In this document: piece after piece, positions 12,236 through 27,049 of the stretch | Layout of the letters: every line of letters begins with the position of its first letter | Numbering within the stretch: position 1 is the first letter of the stretch | NCBI RefSeq assembly: GCF_964204645.1 | Contig: NC_134032.1 | Coordinates: 2,876,175 to 2,940,174 of the forward strand | DNA length: 64,000 bases | Reading direction: 5' to 3' | Source of the DNA: Tubulanus polymorphus | Lineage: Eukaryota; Animalia; Nemertea | Made by a program: the position numbers and the translations under genes | Notes under the pieces: generated by a model | What the model saw: the letters and a program-made list of their open reading frames with translations, nothing else | What the model was told of the DNA's origin: nothing | Databases searched by the model: none

Positions 12236-15230
12236 AGCTAAGACACTTTGTGCCTGTGGTGCTGAACTACATTTTGTATAGGTGAACTGTAGAACAGCAG
12301 TAACAGTGCTGAGAGCTTAGCATAGTGTACCGTTACGCAGTGCATTGAAATCTGCATCTTCAATTTGATGGATTTAGCCTATTCAAATTAGGCCTACTCA
12401 TTGATTCTTTGAAATAGGTTTATGCAATAGACAATAGATCCTTTTGCCTTCCTGGCCAGTTTCAAAGCTGAAGAACAATCAGGCATTGAGATATAACAGA
12501 AAATACACGCAGTTTCCTCAAAATTCAACAACGCATTTCTATAGACGCTAGGCTATTTCTCAGCTGTCCGGTTAATGACGTTGCAGCGCGCCCCTGCTGA
12601 TTTAGCCGATGCTGAACAGTAAGCGATGTAAACAACGAAATGAGGTCAAAAATCATGTTATAAAATCACAAATTGCGCGTGAACTTAACATTTTTGAACA
12701 GAACGGTTGAAGATGAGTGTATAGATCAATAGAATACATCATATTTTGAAATTAAAAAAAAGTGTCAGTTACCCTTTAAGAATAGTACCTGATACTGGGG
12801 TCAAAAAGTTTTTGTCAGGCCCCTCTGATGGTGTTTAAATTAAATAGGCCCTAGATGGAAAGTAGCGCGTCTGATTGGGTTAATACATAGACTGGTGGGT
12901 GCCTAGAGGGTTTGTGTTGGTGTGAGCTGTGCGGCGGGAAGCAATCAAACCCTGGCAAGTGAGGATCAGGGTGGATCTAGCTGTTATTTCTGACCATGTC
13001 AGAATTTGAAAAAAGGCATTTAAGAAAAAAGGCATCAGTGTCAATGATATCCTTTTTAAATAAATACATGTTTAGTGTAATTTTTTTAGCAAAAAAGTGC
13101 CTTTTTTAAGTAATCAAAATGACCAAGCTATGATGGAACTATACCTTTTATCAAAAATTTTGTGATTTGGTAATTAGGCCAAATAAGGCCTAATTGGTAA
13201 TTAGGCCTTGGCCTCATGCAGATAGTACAATGTCTAATGTCTATTTCGACCTGACTTGAGAGCATACCAGGTGGGCTACCTCAGTCAGTTTTGGAGGTAC
13301 ATACCTGATATAAGTCTTTTTAGGGCCAGAGAAGACTGGCAGTTGACCTAAAACATTAATTTCTAATAAATTCTTCACTGTAGGCCCCATTGAAGGATTG
13401 CTAAAAAGTCTGCATTGAAACCTGAAAGCACTGGCAGTTGACCTATATATTAATTTTTAATCCATTTGTAACTAGGCCTATATTGAAAGGGGTAAAAGAG
13501 ACACAATCACGACATTGATGAACATTATTTGAAGGGTTCAGATTGGGAGCCTTTTGGTTGCCTTTTAAACAACTCGCTTTGAAACAACTCGCCTGGCCAC
13601 GGAATTTCAAAAACGGGGAATTGATCGTAAAGTCGCCGTACCCTATATCACTATCTACCCCGGCATTATGTTATTGTAAAAATCAATAGAACGTTTTCAA
13701 GGATGTTATTTCGGCGCCTTGAATTAAACATTTTTCATAATTTGTGCTATCAGGCCTAGCTTTCCTAATAAAATCTTAAGTTCAGTCCTGCTTTATTGAT
13801 CCTCACAAATAAATTGTTTGGAGTATTGGGACCTCGGAGTATTGCGACTTCAGAGTAATGGGACCAGCTTTAACTACATTTTATCTAATGGATTTTCGGA
13901 GTAATGGGTCTTTCGGAGCAATGAGACGACCCCTTTTTAAGTTAACAGCAACAGACACGCCAAACTCTATCTTTATTCTAATTGAACTTTTTGTTCAGAT
14001 TCCTGCCATAAATCATATTATTTAGAATCTGCCTAGAATATCAGTAATTTACCAAATTTTATCCCTAATTATTAATTTTTTTTATAGCAATTGATAGTAA
14101 AGTGGGGTGTACACCGGTTTTCTCTGGTCATATCTAAAACATTTTTATCCCTTTTAGAAAATTAGAATTCATAATGAGTTCCCTTCGATATGTACTTTCA
14201 GGTGGTGAATCAACTGATTGTACTGACACTAGCATAAGTCTGATAGGTAGGTAAGATTTTTTGGCACCAAATGTTGTGCTAGGTTCACAAGGCCTACACA
14301 ATTTTTCATTGAGTAGGCCTAATTGAGCAACTGGAAACGAGGATGCCAAGCTATTTTGAAGTTGAGTCATGTCTTTGAACAATAAATATTGCTAGATTTT
14401 CCTCAACACAACTTGAATCTGAAGTTGAGAGAAATAGATGCTTTATTTCTCTCGAGAAAACTAGTTAATCAACATGCATTATAAATTAAATTTGAGTGTA
14501 CATTTTCGTACTCTGAGATAGTTCATTGGGCTATATAAGATGGAATTTAAAAAAAGAAATTTCTGGTATCAGGCGGTTTAGGATCTCCATGATATGCATG
14601 AATGCTTGACAACTGATGTCATTTTTATCTTTTTGGCAATTTCCTTTTGGGATTGCTTGTGACTGAAGTTTCTTGTTCATTCATCTCTGGGTAAAGAAAC
14701 TGCTGCATTTGTGCTCAGAAGGAATTGTGTGAATTATGGTTGTGTGTGGTGAACAAATATTTTGACACCTAAGTTTATTTTTTTGGGGCCAAAATTTGAG
14801 AAATCAAGAACTTCTCAACTTCTCTTCAGTTGTTGATGTGACTCCAATGGGGGTGTTTTTTATAAGTTGGATCACGGATTTGATGCACTTGAAAGAATTG
14901 CAAAGGCAAGAAAAGAATTAAAAAGCAAACATTCTTTTTCTCTCAAAGCATTGAACTCATTACTAAATAAGTGATCAGGGAGCGGGATAATAAAACTATC
15001 ATGGAGGTCGTTTTGAGATAACAATACCCGAATATTGCCTATTTATTGCCCACACACACATAACTGACGTCGCCATTTGTACAAGTGATGCTATTCACTG
15101 AACGAACCCGAGAAAATGTATCCATCCATTATGTGTGTGATGTCAAAGGATGATGTGGCAGTGGAAAAGAATGATAAATGTTTGTTTTTATTTTCATGTG
15201 CTTTAAAATAAGGCGTTTTATGCATTGTAG

Positions 15231-18200
15231 TTGCAGAAGGCAGTGTGATTTCGGAGAACATAGATGTCTCACTCATCAACGCCGATCAGGACTTAGAATT
15301 ATCTGTAGCCTCACAGGAGAGTACTGGTAAGCATTTTATTACACAAGGTTTTATTGCCCACACACAAATAACTGACGTAATCATTTTGCAAGTGATGCTA
15401 TTCACTGAACGAACCGAGAAAATGTATCCATCCATTGTGTGTGTGTGATGTCAAAAGATGATGTGGCAGTGGAAAATAATCTATACTATAAAGGGGACTG
15501 TCATTTTTCGTTACCAGTTTGCGCGAAATCTCTTCGTTGTTCGGCAATGAAACTTGGCATGTGCATAGAGGGATGGTTTCTTATGGTAAAGATAACAACT
15601 TTTTTTGATCCAGGGTCTAATTTCACCTGCATTTAAATCCCCAAAATCCCAGTAGATTCCAGAAGTTGGAAGTAGATTGCGTGTACATGCGCATGTGCTG
15701 TGTTATCTGTTACTGCAGTGTTGTGTGGGGATGTTTTACTCAATTTGACCCGAATTTCACTGAACCATTTGTATCCGCTGCAAACCAGCCACTCTCAGTA
15801 CGGGGTGAACAATAAATTTCTAAATAAATATTTATTGTAAGGCATAGTAAGGATCCAGGAATAAAGGGGTAGACATTCTCCAGGCTTCTGGGAGGAAATG
15901 TTGCTTGAGGGGCATGTTGAGAAAGGGGATTATTTCAGGGGAGGGAGGAAAAATCGCTTGAATTTAATTGGAAAGGTCAATCGGGATTTATTAGGCTGAC
16001 ATTTAAGAAGCCGCACATAATCTTCCAACCCATCGAAGATGGGTTTTTTTACTAGTTATAAATAGGCCTATTTGTTTTTATATCCGTATAGTATATGCTT
16101 AAGTATAAGGGGGGGGATAAGAATAAGATTTTTGTTTACATCAAGAATCGGAAAATTTTTGCGGCGGATCCGTAATCCCACCTAATAATGAAAAACGGCC
16201 TTGAGTTATTTATAGGGATTACATGAAAATGATTTTTATGCATTGTAGTTGCAGAAGGCAGTGTGATATCGGAGAACATAGACGTCTCAATTGTATCATT
16301 CATCAACGCTGATCAAGACTTAGAATTATCTGTAGCTGCTCAGGAGAGTACTGGTAAGCATTTTTTTTAAAGTTTTCTGGATTTCTATGTCAGAGAACCC
16401 CGAGTCAACTTGGGGATCTACTTTTTTGCCGTAGTCCATCTGTACATGGAATCCACTTAATTTGGGATGTTTTGATGACACTAAGATGGATTTTTTGGAA
16501 TTGGTTATAAGCCTACTTGTAGCTTATGTAGTCACATCTGCAGCCCAAATCTGGCACGATCATACTAAACCCCTCTTCGCAAAATCAGCATGTTAAAACC
16601 CAATGAATTTATTTGATATTAAGTGTGTATATGTTCTACTTACATAAGAGCCCAGTATTGCAATGAAATTTAGCTGTATCAGAAACTCTTACCTATGCGA
16701 TGGCATTATCCAAAAAAGTGTTTTTGTGGTTAGAATTCTTAGGCTTACAGATTCTTAAAGATCAAGTGTAGCCCAAGATAGCTTTTGTGTATAACAATAG
16801 ATTATGTTACATAAATTCATAATTATCATTCTGGAGAAATTTTAGCTGTAATGAGTGATGGATTACTGAAATATAAAAAGACTGATAAGACTTATACTGA
16901 CAATGAATGTACAGCGCACGTTGTGTTGTATTCACTGTAGCCCCCTCGACTTCATATGCATAGCGAGTAGTCAGTGCGCGTTCAGAAAATTTGCGCACCT
17001 GTTATTCATTTCTCAAATCCATATATTTATTGAAGTTCAGTATTTATCGAAAAAATAACTTTTTTCTCCTGGTATATCTATGGAATGAGATCATAATAAG
17101 AATGTTGATGAATAGGCTACACTTGATCTTTAATGGTTTGCATATAATAGTGAAATGTGAGGTATGAATGATAGGGACGAACCTTATATCTGATGGGTTG
17201 TAGGAGCAGTGTGTTATTACGTAATCAGCTAGGCTACCATTTTGACCTCATTACGTAGGAACAAGGATATTTTGAGGAAAATTTTGTAATGTTTTTATCT
17301 AATCGGGATAACTTTATAACTTTATTTTATTATCCTTTAGCTAGGGGGCAACCAATATCAAGTTATATGCTAATACATAAAGAAATTACTTAAAAATATG
17401 GACCCCATTTATTTTATTTTCAGTTGATGTGACTTCAATGAATGTGTTTTCAAGCACTCCGAATAAGAAAAGAAGCTCACCCCTACTTAAAGGTATGTAT
17501 CACGACCAATTGCATGAATAACCTTTATCTTATTAACAGGGATAACATGAAAATGATTTTTATGCATTGTAGTTGCAGAAGGCAGTGTGATATCGGAGAA
17601 CATAGACGTCTCAATTGTATCACTCATCAACGCTGATCAAGACTTAGAATTATCTGTAGCCCCTCAGGAGAGTACTGGTAAGCGTTTTATTACACACATA
17701 TTTTTATTGCCCACACACAAATAACTGTTGCTATTCACTGAACTAACCCGAGAAAATGTATCCATCCATTGTGTGTGTGTGTGCGTGCGTGCGTGGGTGC
17801 GCGCGCGCGAGCGCGCGCGTGTGTGCGCGCGTGTGTGATGTCAAAAGATGATGTGGCAGTGGAAACGAATGATAAATGTTTGTTTTTATTTCCATATATA
17901 TGCTTTAAAATAAGGGGTTTTATGCATTGTAGTTGCAGAAGGCAGTGTGATTTCGGAGAACATAGATGTCTCACTCATCAACGCCGATCAGGACTTTTTT
18001 GCCCACTTAGGACTTTAGCCTAGTCCCAATAAGCAATTGTGTTCATTTTTCACGAAGACTGTTCAATGTTTTGCCTTGATATTTTGGCTATACGTGTATC
18101 TACCCCTAGACACATCAGATTCTAGTTAGCTGGCTGGCAGCCATTGCTGTTCACCGAGAAGTACTTTTTACATATTGTTAGTTGCAGCTATTTGCGGACA

Positions 18201-21200
18201 TGTCCAAAGTAAATCTCATGTGGAAATCTTACAACAATGAATAATTGTGCAACAAAACAGCAGGGTAAAAAATTTAAATCGCTGACCATAACTCTTTTTC
18301 TGGCTATTCTAAGAACTCTTTAACGATCTGATTAGTGGTCGCTGCTGAACCAACACGATTACATTGAGATCAATACATGAACCTGGTAAATTAAGCCTAG
18401 CGTACATTGACAAAGCGACTGGAGACCACTAACAAGTGATTGCCCCGCACAAATCAAAATTCTAGTTACAACCAGTTAGTTGCAGCAACTGCATCTGACT
18501 TGCCGATCGTTGAGATCCACAGTGCGCACATCGACGGCAACTCACGCGCTATCTAAATAAATTTGAATTTAATTGAATACCAAGGGAAAAGCAAGGCGGC
18601 GCCATGTGACTGGTGGGCAGCGCGTTTAGTGGTTCTGTTTGCGTATGCCTTGCTTGTGGTATCATAAAGGTAAAGTCTTTCACGCCACTTTTCGACAAGG
18701 TCAATTGGACGCTACTTAGACATTTTCCATGCCCTGTAGCTTATTCATGGTGTGTGTCATTTGAAATTCATGATGGACTTCATGATGGTATACTTCGGAT
18801 AGGACTTTGTTTTGTCACACAGGTGTTTTATCAGTCAATTTTCATACACAATTGGTCAGTCATCACAGCATTGGATATTATATTTGTCAGATTGTCAAGC
18901 ATTTCACCAAGTGAACATAAGTCCACGGACCCCAGTTTATCATCCCTTAGCCAAGCAACCGCATCATGAAAGTTAATTTATATTCTGTTACTGTGAAAAT
19001 AAGTACATCATGTATTTTGACGTGAGAGAGGTCGACTATCCAATTCTCATAAATGATTGCATAGAACAGTGACCTCGGATCATAGGTGACATCTGATTAC
19101 CCCTCAGAGAATATGTGAACCTGGTTAAAACTGGTTTTGATGATCTAGAGCGGAGTGGAATCTCATTGCATGGCTTGATATCAAAAAGTTTGTCACAAGA
19201 AACAGTATCAAATGAAGATAATATAGAAATATATCTGAAAAGTCAGAATGAAAATTGTTTATCACAATCTTGCAAATATAAATTTCAGATGGATTGGAGT
19301 CACTAATAATTGAAAACGTTTCACAGCAAGGAGGTGAAATAGGTGTCGGTCTCTTTGAAGGTAGGGGTACGATAAACTGAAGTGTAATTTATAGGATCTT
19401 ATGAACCCTTTAAGTTAATTAATTAGGGCTAAAAAGATACCTTGTTTCTCATCACTACCCATGTCTCAATTTTTATGTAAACAATTATAGGCTAAATGAT
19501 AACGAAATTGCCCAGGATTGTAGAGTGACCTGAAAATTCAATAGTATAGATAAAATCTGAACTGCATGAATGGCTGGTGTCGACAAGCCACTCAATGCCT
19601 ACCGATGCAACTGGGTTTATCGCCGAATAGCGGCCTACGAGAGGCCGCCAGTTGCTGCTCTATCGGTTCGACATAAATCGGCTTGCGACGGCAACCCGAC
19701 GCCTACAGACTCGTCGCAAACCGTATCCGGCTAGTTGCTCATGTTCTACTCCGGCCTATGGCAGGCGGGCAGTTGCTTTCGATCGCAACCGACATAAGCT
19801 CATTTACGACGCGATGGAACTGAGCGCATGAATTCCAGCCAATCAGAGACCGAATATGTACAGTGCAAATTTTGACTGCTAGTTAGCGTTGTATTGTATG
19901 TGAAATATACGCACGGAGTGAAGGATAAATGACTAATTTACGGCTAATTCGAGCAACCTTTTTCGATAAGTCAGGTCTCGGGTCATTATACTTAAGTTTC
20001 TTCTGGTTAAGAAATCGCTGAAAGATCAATTTTGACAGCATTTGCCCTTTAAGTAATTTCAAAGGCAAACCAAACCTTCAGCACGGCAGATGACTGGACC
20101 GGCGATCTAGAAATGAAATTGGTAGAATTACCGTGTGGGCGGCCATCTTTATATGATGTCGCTAGCACATTGTATTCAAAACAAAATCAGAAAGATAAGA
20201 TCTTAAAGAAATAGCTTTTCAACTAGAAACATATTTCCCTATAATTCAAAATAATATAAATTTATTCTTTAAATGTTTATCGCGTGACCATCTGAGCCAT
20301 CAGTTGCTGCGAATCGGAGCGCAGTCGACATAAGCTGGGCTGCGATTGCTGGTGCTCTCAGTCGAGTCGATAGGTGTCGCGTTGCTTGTCGACATAAGTC
20401 AGCCTTTACCTTAATGTTTTATATTCAATAAGTATTTCATGTTTTCTGAGAGCAAGCTTGTGATTGTCTTATAACAAACTTATTTTTTCTTAAAGATAAT
20501 AGAAATAGTAATAAAAAACAAGGTATCTAGTTTTTTGGCCCAAATGATCAATGTTGATAAAAAACAATTTTCATTTTTTAATGAGTTCTAATTGGAATTT
20601 AAATATGAGTTGCAGTTCATTGCAGTAATGAGGAAAATTGCAAATGTTGTGTTATAAAATCATTTTTAGAAGATATGGGATCACTGCTAGTTGAAGAAAA
20701 TTCACACAATCGTTCCTTGTATGATGAAGATATAGATCTAAATGAACGTAGGTTTACCCGAAAAGAAATAAGCATTTGTAAAATCAACGAAACATATGGA
20801 CATCTAAAGCAAAATCATTCATTTAACACATGTGTTTTTTCAGAATCGAACGAGTTTGATTTGAGTACAACCCTGAACGCTATAACTAGTGTCATCAAAG
20901 GTAAATAGGCTTAATAGAATTAAATTTTCAGGGAATTCCTTTATAGATCAATTTTTAGCCCACTTTGAACATATGTCCTACCCAGCCATGGGCAGCGGAA
21001 CCGGGGCATTTGGGGCCTTATTGGCCGGACCAATATTTACTATTTAGTTCCGCACATTAAAAATGACTTAAGTTTAAAAAACATTAGTCCTTTGAGTTTA
21101 ATCCCCGCCCTGATAACCTCTCCACAAGCTGAATAAGAAGATGCATTTATTTAAGGCTTCATAACCTAAAACTTAAATTTTGCCAGAACACAGGTCCCTA

Positions 21201-21892
21201 TCCCTACACTGAATTTTGTAAGGGAAACGGAAATTCTACTTCTAAAATAGCTATACTTCTGTAAATACTCTACTATTTCGTAGGGATTTTCAAAATAAAA
21301 AACTACCATTGATTTTATGGATAGTTTTTATTTGTGGAAAGGGCCATTTTTCATTTTCTCGTCGAATTAAAGCAAATTATCTTGTAATCGAGGGTTAATC
21401 GAGGAAATTTTGAAGACCCCTCAATCATTTATCTTGATCTGTCATATATATTTGTATCCCTCAGAGCCCATCATATGGTGGCTGATTCGGGCCACATTAA
21501 GAAAAAAATATAACACTCATAAAATGTATGAAAACCAGTCTTTTGTTTTAACGCCACGTTAAAACCAGTTTTTAGCCCACTTAGCCCAGTCCTAGGCAGG
21601 CTATTTCGTCTGCTGTTCGCATCTCTATGGATTGTCTTCATATTTGGTTTATACATGTATTTGAAGTTTTTGAGGGGAAATTTTGAAGAATAATTTTAAT
21701 TAATTTTTTAGCATTTCAAGCCAACTCCCAAGTGGCCATGTTTTCCCAGGACCCCTAGTTATTAAATGATATCAAAAATGTATTTTGTGAAAATCTTTTG
21801 CCTTACAGTTGATGGAAATGAAGTGCTTGAATCCCCTGTTGCTATGGATTGCGTTATCAAACCAGTGGAGCCTAGAAAATGTATTAAAAAAG
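15231..21892 (+). CDS. Putative upstream exons (mostly acidic, low complexity) of the transposase-like gene; all phase 1-1: 15231-15326, 16249-16353, 17424-17492, 17573-17677, 19289-19360, 20670-20747, 20844-20900, 21809-21892; start exon not identified
   Basis: Each is bounded by a pyrimidine-rich AG and a GT donor, has length divisible by 3 and is open in the same phase; three are near-identical copies (VAEGSVISENIDVS...SQEST). Confidence 0.55.
15480..16055 (+). mobile_element. Non-autonomous Helitron
   Basis: 5' TCTATACTATAAAG, 3' hairpin AACCCATC-GAA-GATGGGTT followed by CTAG, inserted between A and T with no TSD; interrupts one copy of the local duplicated unit. Confidence 0.8.
16759..17129. 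mobile_element. Kolobok-like MITE
   Basis: TTAA-[AGATCAAGTGTAGCC ... GGCTACACTTGATCT]-TTAA. Confidence 0.75.
17770..17837. repeat. (GT)n/(GC)n microsatellite
   Basis: Alternating purine-pyrimidine tract, expanded relative to the paralogous copies at about 15132 and 15437. Confidence 0.85.
19570..20410 (+). mobile_element. Harbinger-like deletion derivative with a MADF/Myb-like remnant, nested in an older MITE (about 19425-20540)
   Basis: Inverted GTCGACAAGC/GCTTGTCGAC ends; 20089-20214 translates DDWTGDLEMKLVELPCGRPSLYDVASTLYSKQNQKDK (MADF-like). Confidence 0.5.
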
Positions 21893-22340
21893 GTATGGTA
21901 TTGGAGGAGGTATCATGATAAAGAAAGATTCAGAAAGAAGTTACTATCATAAATTGAAAGGGATCATAGTGGAAGGGGATCACATTTATGGCCTGACCCC
22001 TATAATACTATTCAAACAGGCACCTACTTATGGGTTCAAAAAATGAAATTATACTTACCAGAATGAGAGGACTGGTAGTCCCAATAGCGAAAGTTGGGAG
22101 GGGTACACGGTCCTACAAGTCTGCTCCTTGTAAAAATACAATGTGGTGCCCTGGAGCATTTCAGTCAAGGGATAGGCTAAAGTAAGTAGTAGAAGGGGAT
22201 ATAGCTATTGCTTAGTGCACACACTTCGTTCCACTAATCATACACTTGATTGCAGGAGGAGATGCAATGAGTTTAATGATGTTTAAGTTTGTTACCCCAA
22301 TGAATACTAAATCTGATACATGTATTGCAATCATTTGTAG

Positions 22341-25300
22341 GTTCATCAAATCCCAAACCAAACGTTCTGCTGAAAAAAATAGCAGCAAGGCAAATAGCAC
22401 GTGCTTTAATGCCATGCTGTAAAAAGAACCATTGCAACAGCTTCCTTTTGAGAGAAGATATTTTGCAAATTCGCCGAAGCGTTTGGTCAAGATCGTGGCG
22501 AGAACGTCACCAGTTTATAAAGGATTCATTGGGCAGTACAAAAAGCTATACAGTGAAAGGTGTTAGTGTGTGTCAGAAGGCTTGGTTGATGGCTCACGGT
22601 ATTCATGCTGTGACACTGAGCAATGTTCTCTCCGGTAAAAGCCGTGTCAGGGTGGGTGCACGTTCTAAAACAGCTGTCAACATCGAAGCATCGGCTTGGT
22701 TAGAAAAATACCTGACCGAAAATGCTGAGCATGCACCCCACAAAGCTGAAGCATGGCTTCCATCCGCTACTCGGAAGGTTGACGTCTGGAAATTTTACCG
22801 CAAACAAAGAGATCACCATAACCTGCCATACCTAAAGCGGACTTCGTTCTATCAGTTATGGAAAGAATCTTTCCCAAATGTTAAAATCCGGAAGGTATGC
22901 GAGGAAGATATTTACTTTCTATTTAAATCACTTAAGTTACTTATATCCAAACAATTTTTTTATTGAAGTGCAACTCATTTCACTCATTTGGAAATTTGTA
23001 ATTGTTGATGAATTCTATATATTTTCAAGGGAAATGCCTTCACAAAATGCACAACTTGCGTCATTCTAAATCGTAAGATGCAAGCAACAACTGATCCAGC
23101 GATGAAAGAGCGTATTAAAAGCTTGAGGCAAACTCATTATGACCAGATAACGTATGTACTTATAAAATGATGCATTTCAGGCCCATTGCCAGCCCTGTCT
23201 TTGGGGGGGGGGGGGGGTTTGAATTTTAAGGAAAGTTTAACTCATATGTGATAAATATGCCACCCAAGGCATGTAAAGCTACCCCAGAAAATCATTAAAA
23301 CAATAGATACAACAAGGAGCAACTTTCAATACTTCTGTCTCCAAAAAACTGCCTCGAATTAAGTTCGACTCCTATTTGAGCGAGCACTTACAAAAATGAG
23401 TCATGCTCCAGTTTTTGTCAGGCTGACATCAGAGTGGAACTTCATGAATAAGCGAACCCTGAACCCCTTAAATACGGGCATGCATTTCTGTTATGTCTAA
23501 GATTATTGGCAACTAGATATTTTTCCACAATTGGCCAACAGTTCAAGACCAAAACCATTCTTATGGTGGCTGTGTGTTAAGAAGGAAAGTAGGCTTTTGC
23601 AAGGCACTGTCATAAGATATACATAAACACTTCCCTTGAATTTTAGTAATTGATGCTCCATACAGATTTTTTTGGGATTCAGTGATATAACCGATTGACA
23701 TCGATATTCATATCTCCTAACACAGCTGATTATTAAAGTATGCAATTGGATTTTATTTAGAATGGATAGACAGGCATATACGGTAAGGAGGAATCGAGCT
23801 AAAGCTAACCCACAACGCTATACATCATTAATCATCGATGGTATGGATCAGAAGAAAACGTACATTCCTCATTTAACTGGTTCAGTTCCTAAGGTTAGTT
23901 TGAAGCCGATGTTGATTAAAGCAATAATCTTTCCATACGAAAATACATACTCTTTTAATGGTTAACACTATTTGCAGGAATTTAGCTCTAATGAGTTGTT
24001 AAAAACACACGTGACTGGTGTCATATGTCATGCTATGCAGCGCAGGTATTGCTACTTAGATGTCTTACAGTATCCGCATGATTCTAACATGGTAATGAAT
24101 GTGTTATTGAAGACTTTGTGGAAGGAGTCAGTGGTAAGTATTGAGTCTTAAGCTTTTTCTCAATATGTTCATCCTTTGAAAGAATCCAGTTGTTTTGGAA
24201 AAAGTTCTATGACGCTTCAATTGATTTTGCTGATATTTGGTTTATACATGTGGCTAGACACATCTGCTGCCCAAAAACTGGCCGGATAAGTATCATGATG
24301 GCCTACGAGCAGCCATTGTTGTTCTGAAGTTTCCCACGAAAGGTCTTAATAGGCTTTAATCAATTATCTTGATGTGTCTTCCTTGCCTACCCTTGTACGT
24401 ATATGGTACGCTTTTGATGTTTTAGTCCTACGTACCTTGACATTGTTGAGGCAAGTTTCACGAAGGACCATCATTGAAAAATTTAATGATTAGATTATGG
24501 AACCTATGCATATTTTGTAACGATAATGAGTTACAAAGTTATGGTTGATGAAATATCATCATGGTGAGATTCAAGGTCAGCAATATCTTTTTCATAGCTC
24601 TTTTTCATAGCTAGCGGGATTTGAATATTAAATGTGGTCAGAAGTTGTCAAGCATTTTAGTTCTATATTCAAAGGATCCCTGGATGCCTAATTTATAATT
24701 TAGCAAACAACATATCCCCTATTTTAGCTAATTTACTATAAGTAGGTTTCAAAAAAGTGTTGATAAAGCGTTATGTATGTTTATTTTCAGAATGGTCATT
24801 TACCGCCAATTCTTTATCTTCAAGCGGATAATACATGTCGAGAAAACAAAAATCGCTATCTATTAGCCTTTTTGGAACTTTTTGTACGACTTGGAATATG
24901 CCATGAGGTAAGACATGACTATTTCATAAATGAATATCACTCGTTCCAGATTCATAAGATTGATATGGAATTAATTTTGCCTTGCCTTTCTTCACCTCCC
25001 TACTTTCATGATTCTATTTTGCAGACAAATCTATCATTTCTATCTGTCGGTCACACACACGAGGATGTTGATCAAATGTTTTCGGTAATCGCAGGAACTT
25101 TACGAAAGGAGGAAGCTTTAACCCTTGACGCGATGCTGCAGAAATTAATCGGTGGTCAATTTTTGAATGGTCTTTTTGATATAAGGGCGTGGCTTGAGCC
25201 CCATATTAGAAATATATCTGGGCATTCAAAGATAAGAAATTTTTGCTTCCGCAAAACAGAGGATGGCTGCAGTTTATTTTATAGAAAGTCAAGTTCGGGC

Positions 25301-25771
25301 ACATGGCGTGTATTGAGAGGTGGACTATTGAATTCAATACCTGTCGGTCGGCCAGAAATTTTGATTCAATGTTATGATGACTTTTTATCAAGCAAATATC
25401 TTACTAATCTAAACAAATGGAAAAACTTTTTGGACGATAATACGGTGAACTGGTGGACAAGATACATTGACACCATAAAAAGACTACAACATGACAAGAA
25501 ATTTTTGGAGAACCATTCAATGGCAGATGCATACTGGTTTCTGCCTCGTTTTAAGAAATATCAGTTGTCGGATCTGATTGATGCAGTGCCAGAAACTCCT
25601 GCTAACCTGCTTCAACAAGTTGCAGGAACAGATAATCCAGTGGTATGTTTTATTTCTATTTTTGAATTATTTTTGTTGAAGTTTCAGTGAGATGCTGCTT
25701 TAGCAAAAAGCTGCTTTAATATGAAAGGACTATTGTCTAATCTTATATTTTCTTTACAGATAACTGTGTGA
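22341..25771 (+). CDS. Spliced DDD transposase-like protein (DUF7869 / Sola1-like); exons 22341-22894, 23030-23151, 23761-23893, 23978-24133, 24791-24907, 25025-25642, 25760-25771
   Basis: All GT-AG junctions are phase-compatible with no stops; motifs PCCKKNHC, FTKCTTC, IIDGMDQ, LQADNTCRENKN, VGHTHEDVDQMFS. Confidence 0.8.
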
Positions 25772-27049
25772 ATTCATTGAATGCCTGAAGTTAGCCTCTA
25801 GCCACCTGGATCTGCTCTGACTTTTTTACCCTCTATTGCGCGGCTATGGAGTTCGCTTTTCAAATGAAATTGAATAATAATGGTATTACCATTATTATTC
25901 AATTCCAGGTAATGATTGTTATACCGCCTTATATGTGCGTTTCTAAGCGATTTACAAGAATGATACTCGAATGTTAAAAACAATGAATACAAAACGATTT
26001 TTTAGATATTAATTTGAATAATATTGGGTAAATGGATACGTTTTAAGCACTAAATTTAAAAGTATCATTGATAGTATGTAAATATAGATGTAATATTTTA
26101 AGTTTGATGGAGGCGATTTAATTCTTCAAAGAATAGTTTACAAGTGAATTCATTTCGAAATATGCAGAAAATATCGTCAACATATCTCACGTACAACATT
26201 GGTTTGTAATAAGTTTTAAAAATTACAAAATCATTCATTCCGTGGTTTGTTTTCATACGTATCTACCAGTCTCTTTTGGTAATTTATGGTTGGAACATGT
26301 AAATTTACATAGTTTAAAATCTCACTAAGTTTTAAAAAATCCCCGAGGTAGATGTTCAGAAAAGTTTGTCCCAACCATATATTACCAAGACCACAATTCT
26401 ATAAGAATGACTGGAGACAAGATATCAATTTACTTTGTGAACCGTTCAAATGACTATTTTAAAGAATGCGGTACATTTTACATGAATATGTCTATACCCT
26501 ATAGTAACCTAGTTACTCAAAGGGTTTATGGGCACATGAGCATCATTTTTCCTCCTGTATATTGAAGTAGTTCCACTGCAATATTCTAATGGTTAAAATT
26601 AAATTGATGGTTATCAACAATTGAAAAATTCAAATGTACCTCTCGATCTTTTGAACTATCATCGTGACTCGATTAAGCCATATTTCACTAAGCAGTTGAA
26701 ATCAATGTAACGCATTCTTAGTTGGTACAGCTTGAGATTCAGAAACTTTAATGAAGTATTAATAGTCATATGAATTAAATTAAACCATTAAGTGGCAGAT
26801 CAGCAAATTCAATATCAAGTTAATTATATTCGACAAAAAAACCAAATTCAGTTCTGATCAATTTCATTCAGTTTCAGATTCATATAGGAAAACAAACCGA
26901 TCCGAAGTATTTGTTCCTGCCAACCACTGTCGGTGGTAGCAGATTGAGATATTGTATCTTCGTAATTGGTATAATTTTTTGAAGACGATAGCTAGGCTGG
27001 CCTTAGTGCGCAGGGGGGACTTGTTGACTGAAACTTGTGGAGTCACTTG

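Noticed and set aside
1-14400. Numerous 60-80 aa ORFs in the host region
   Set aside because: No motifs, many non-ATG starts, overlap with repeats; consistent with chance
24773-25690. 305-aa ORF as a single-exon gene
   Set aside because: Reads through an in-frame 117-bp GT-AG intron (24908-25024) and past splice sites; it is part of the spliced gene
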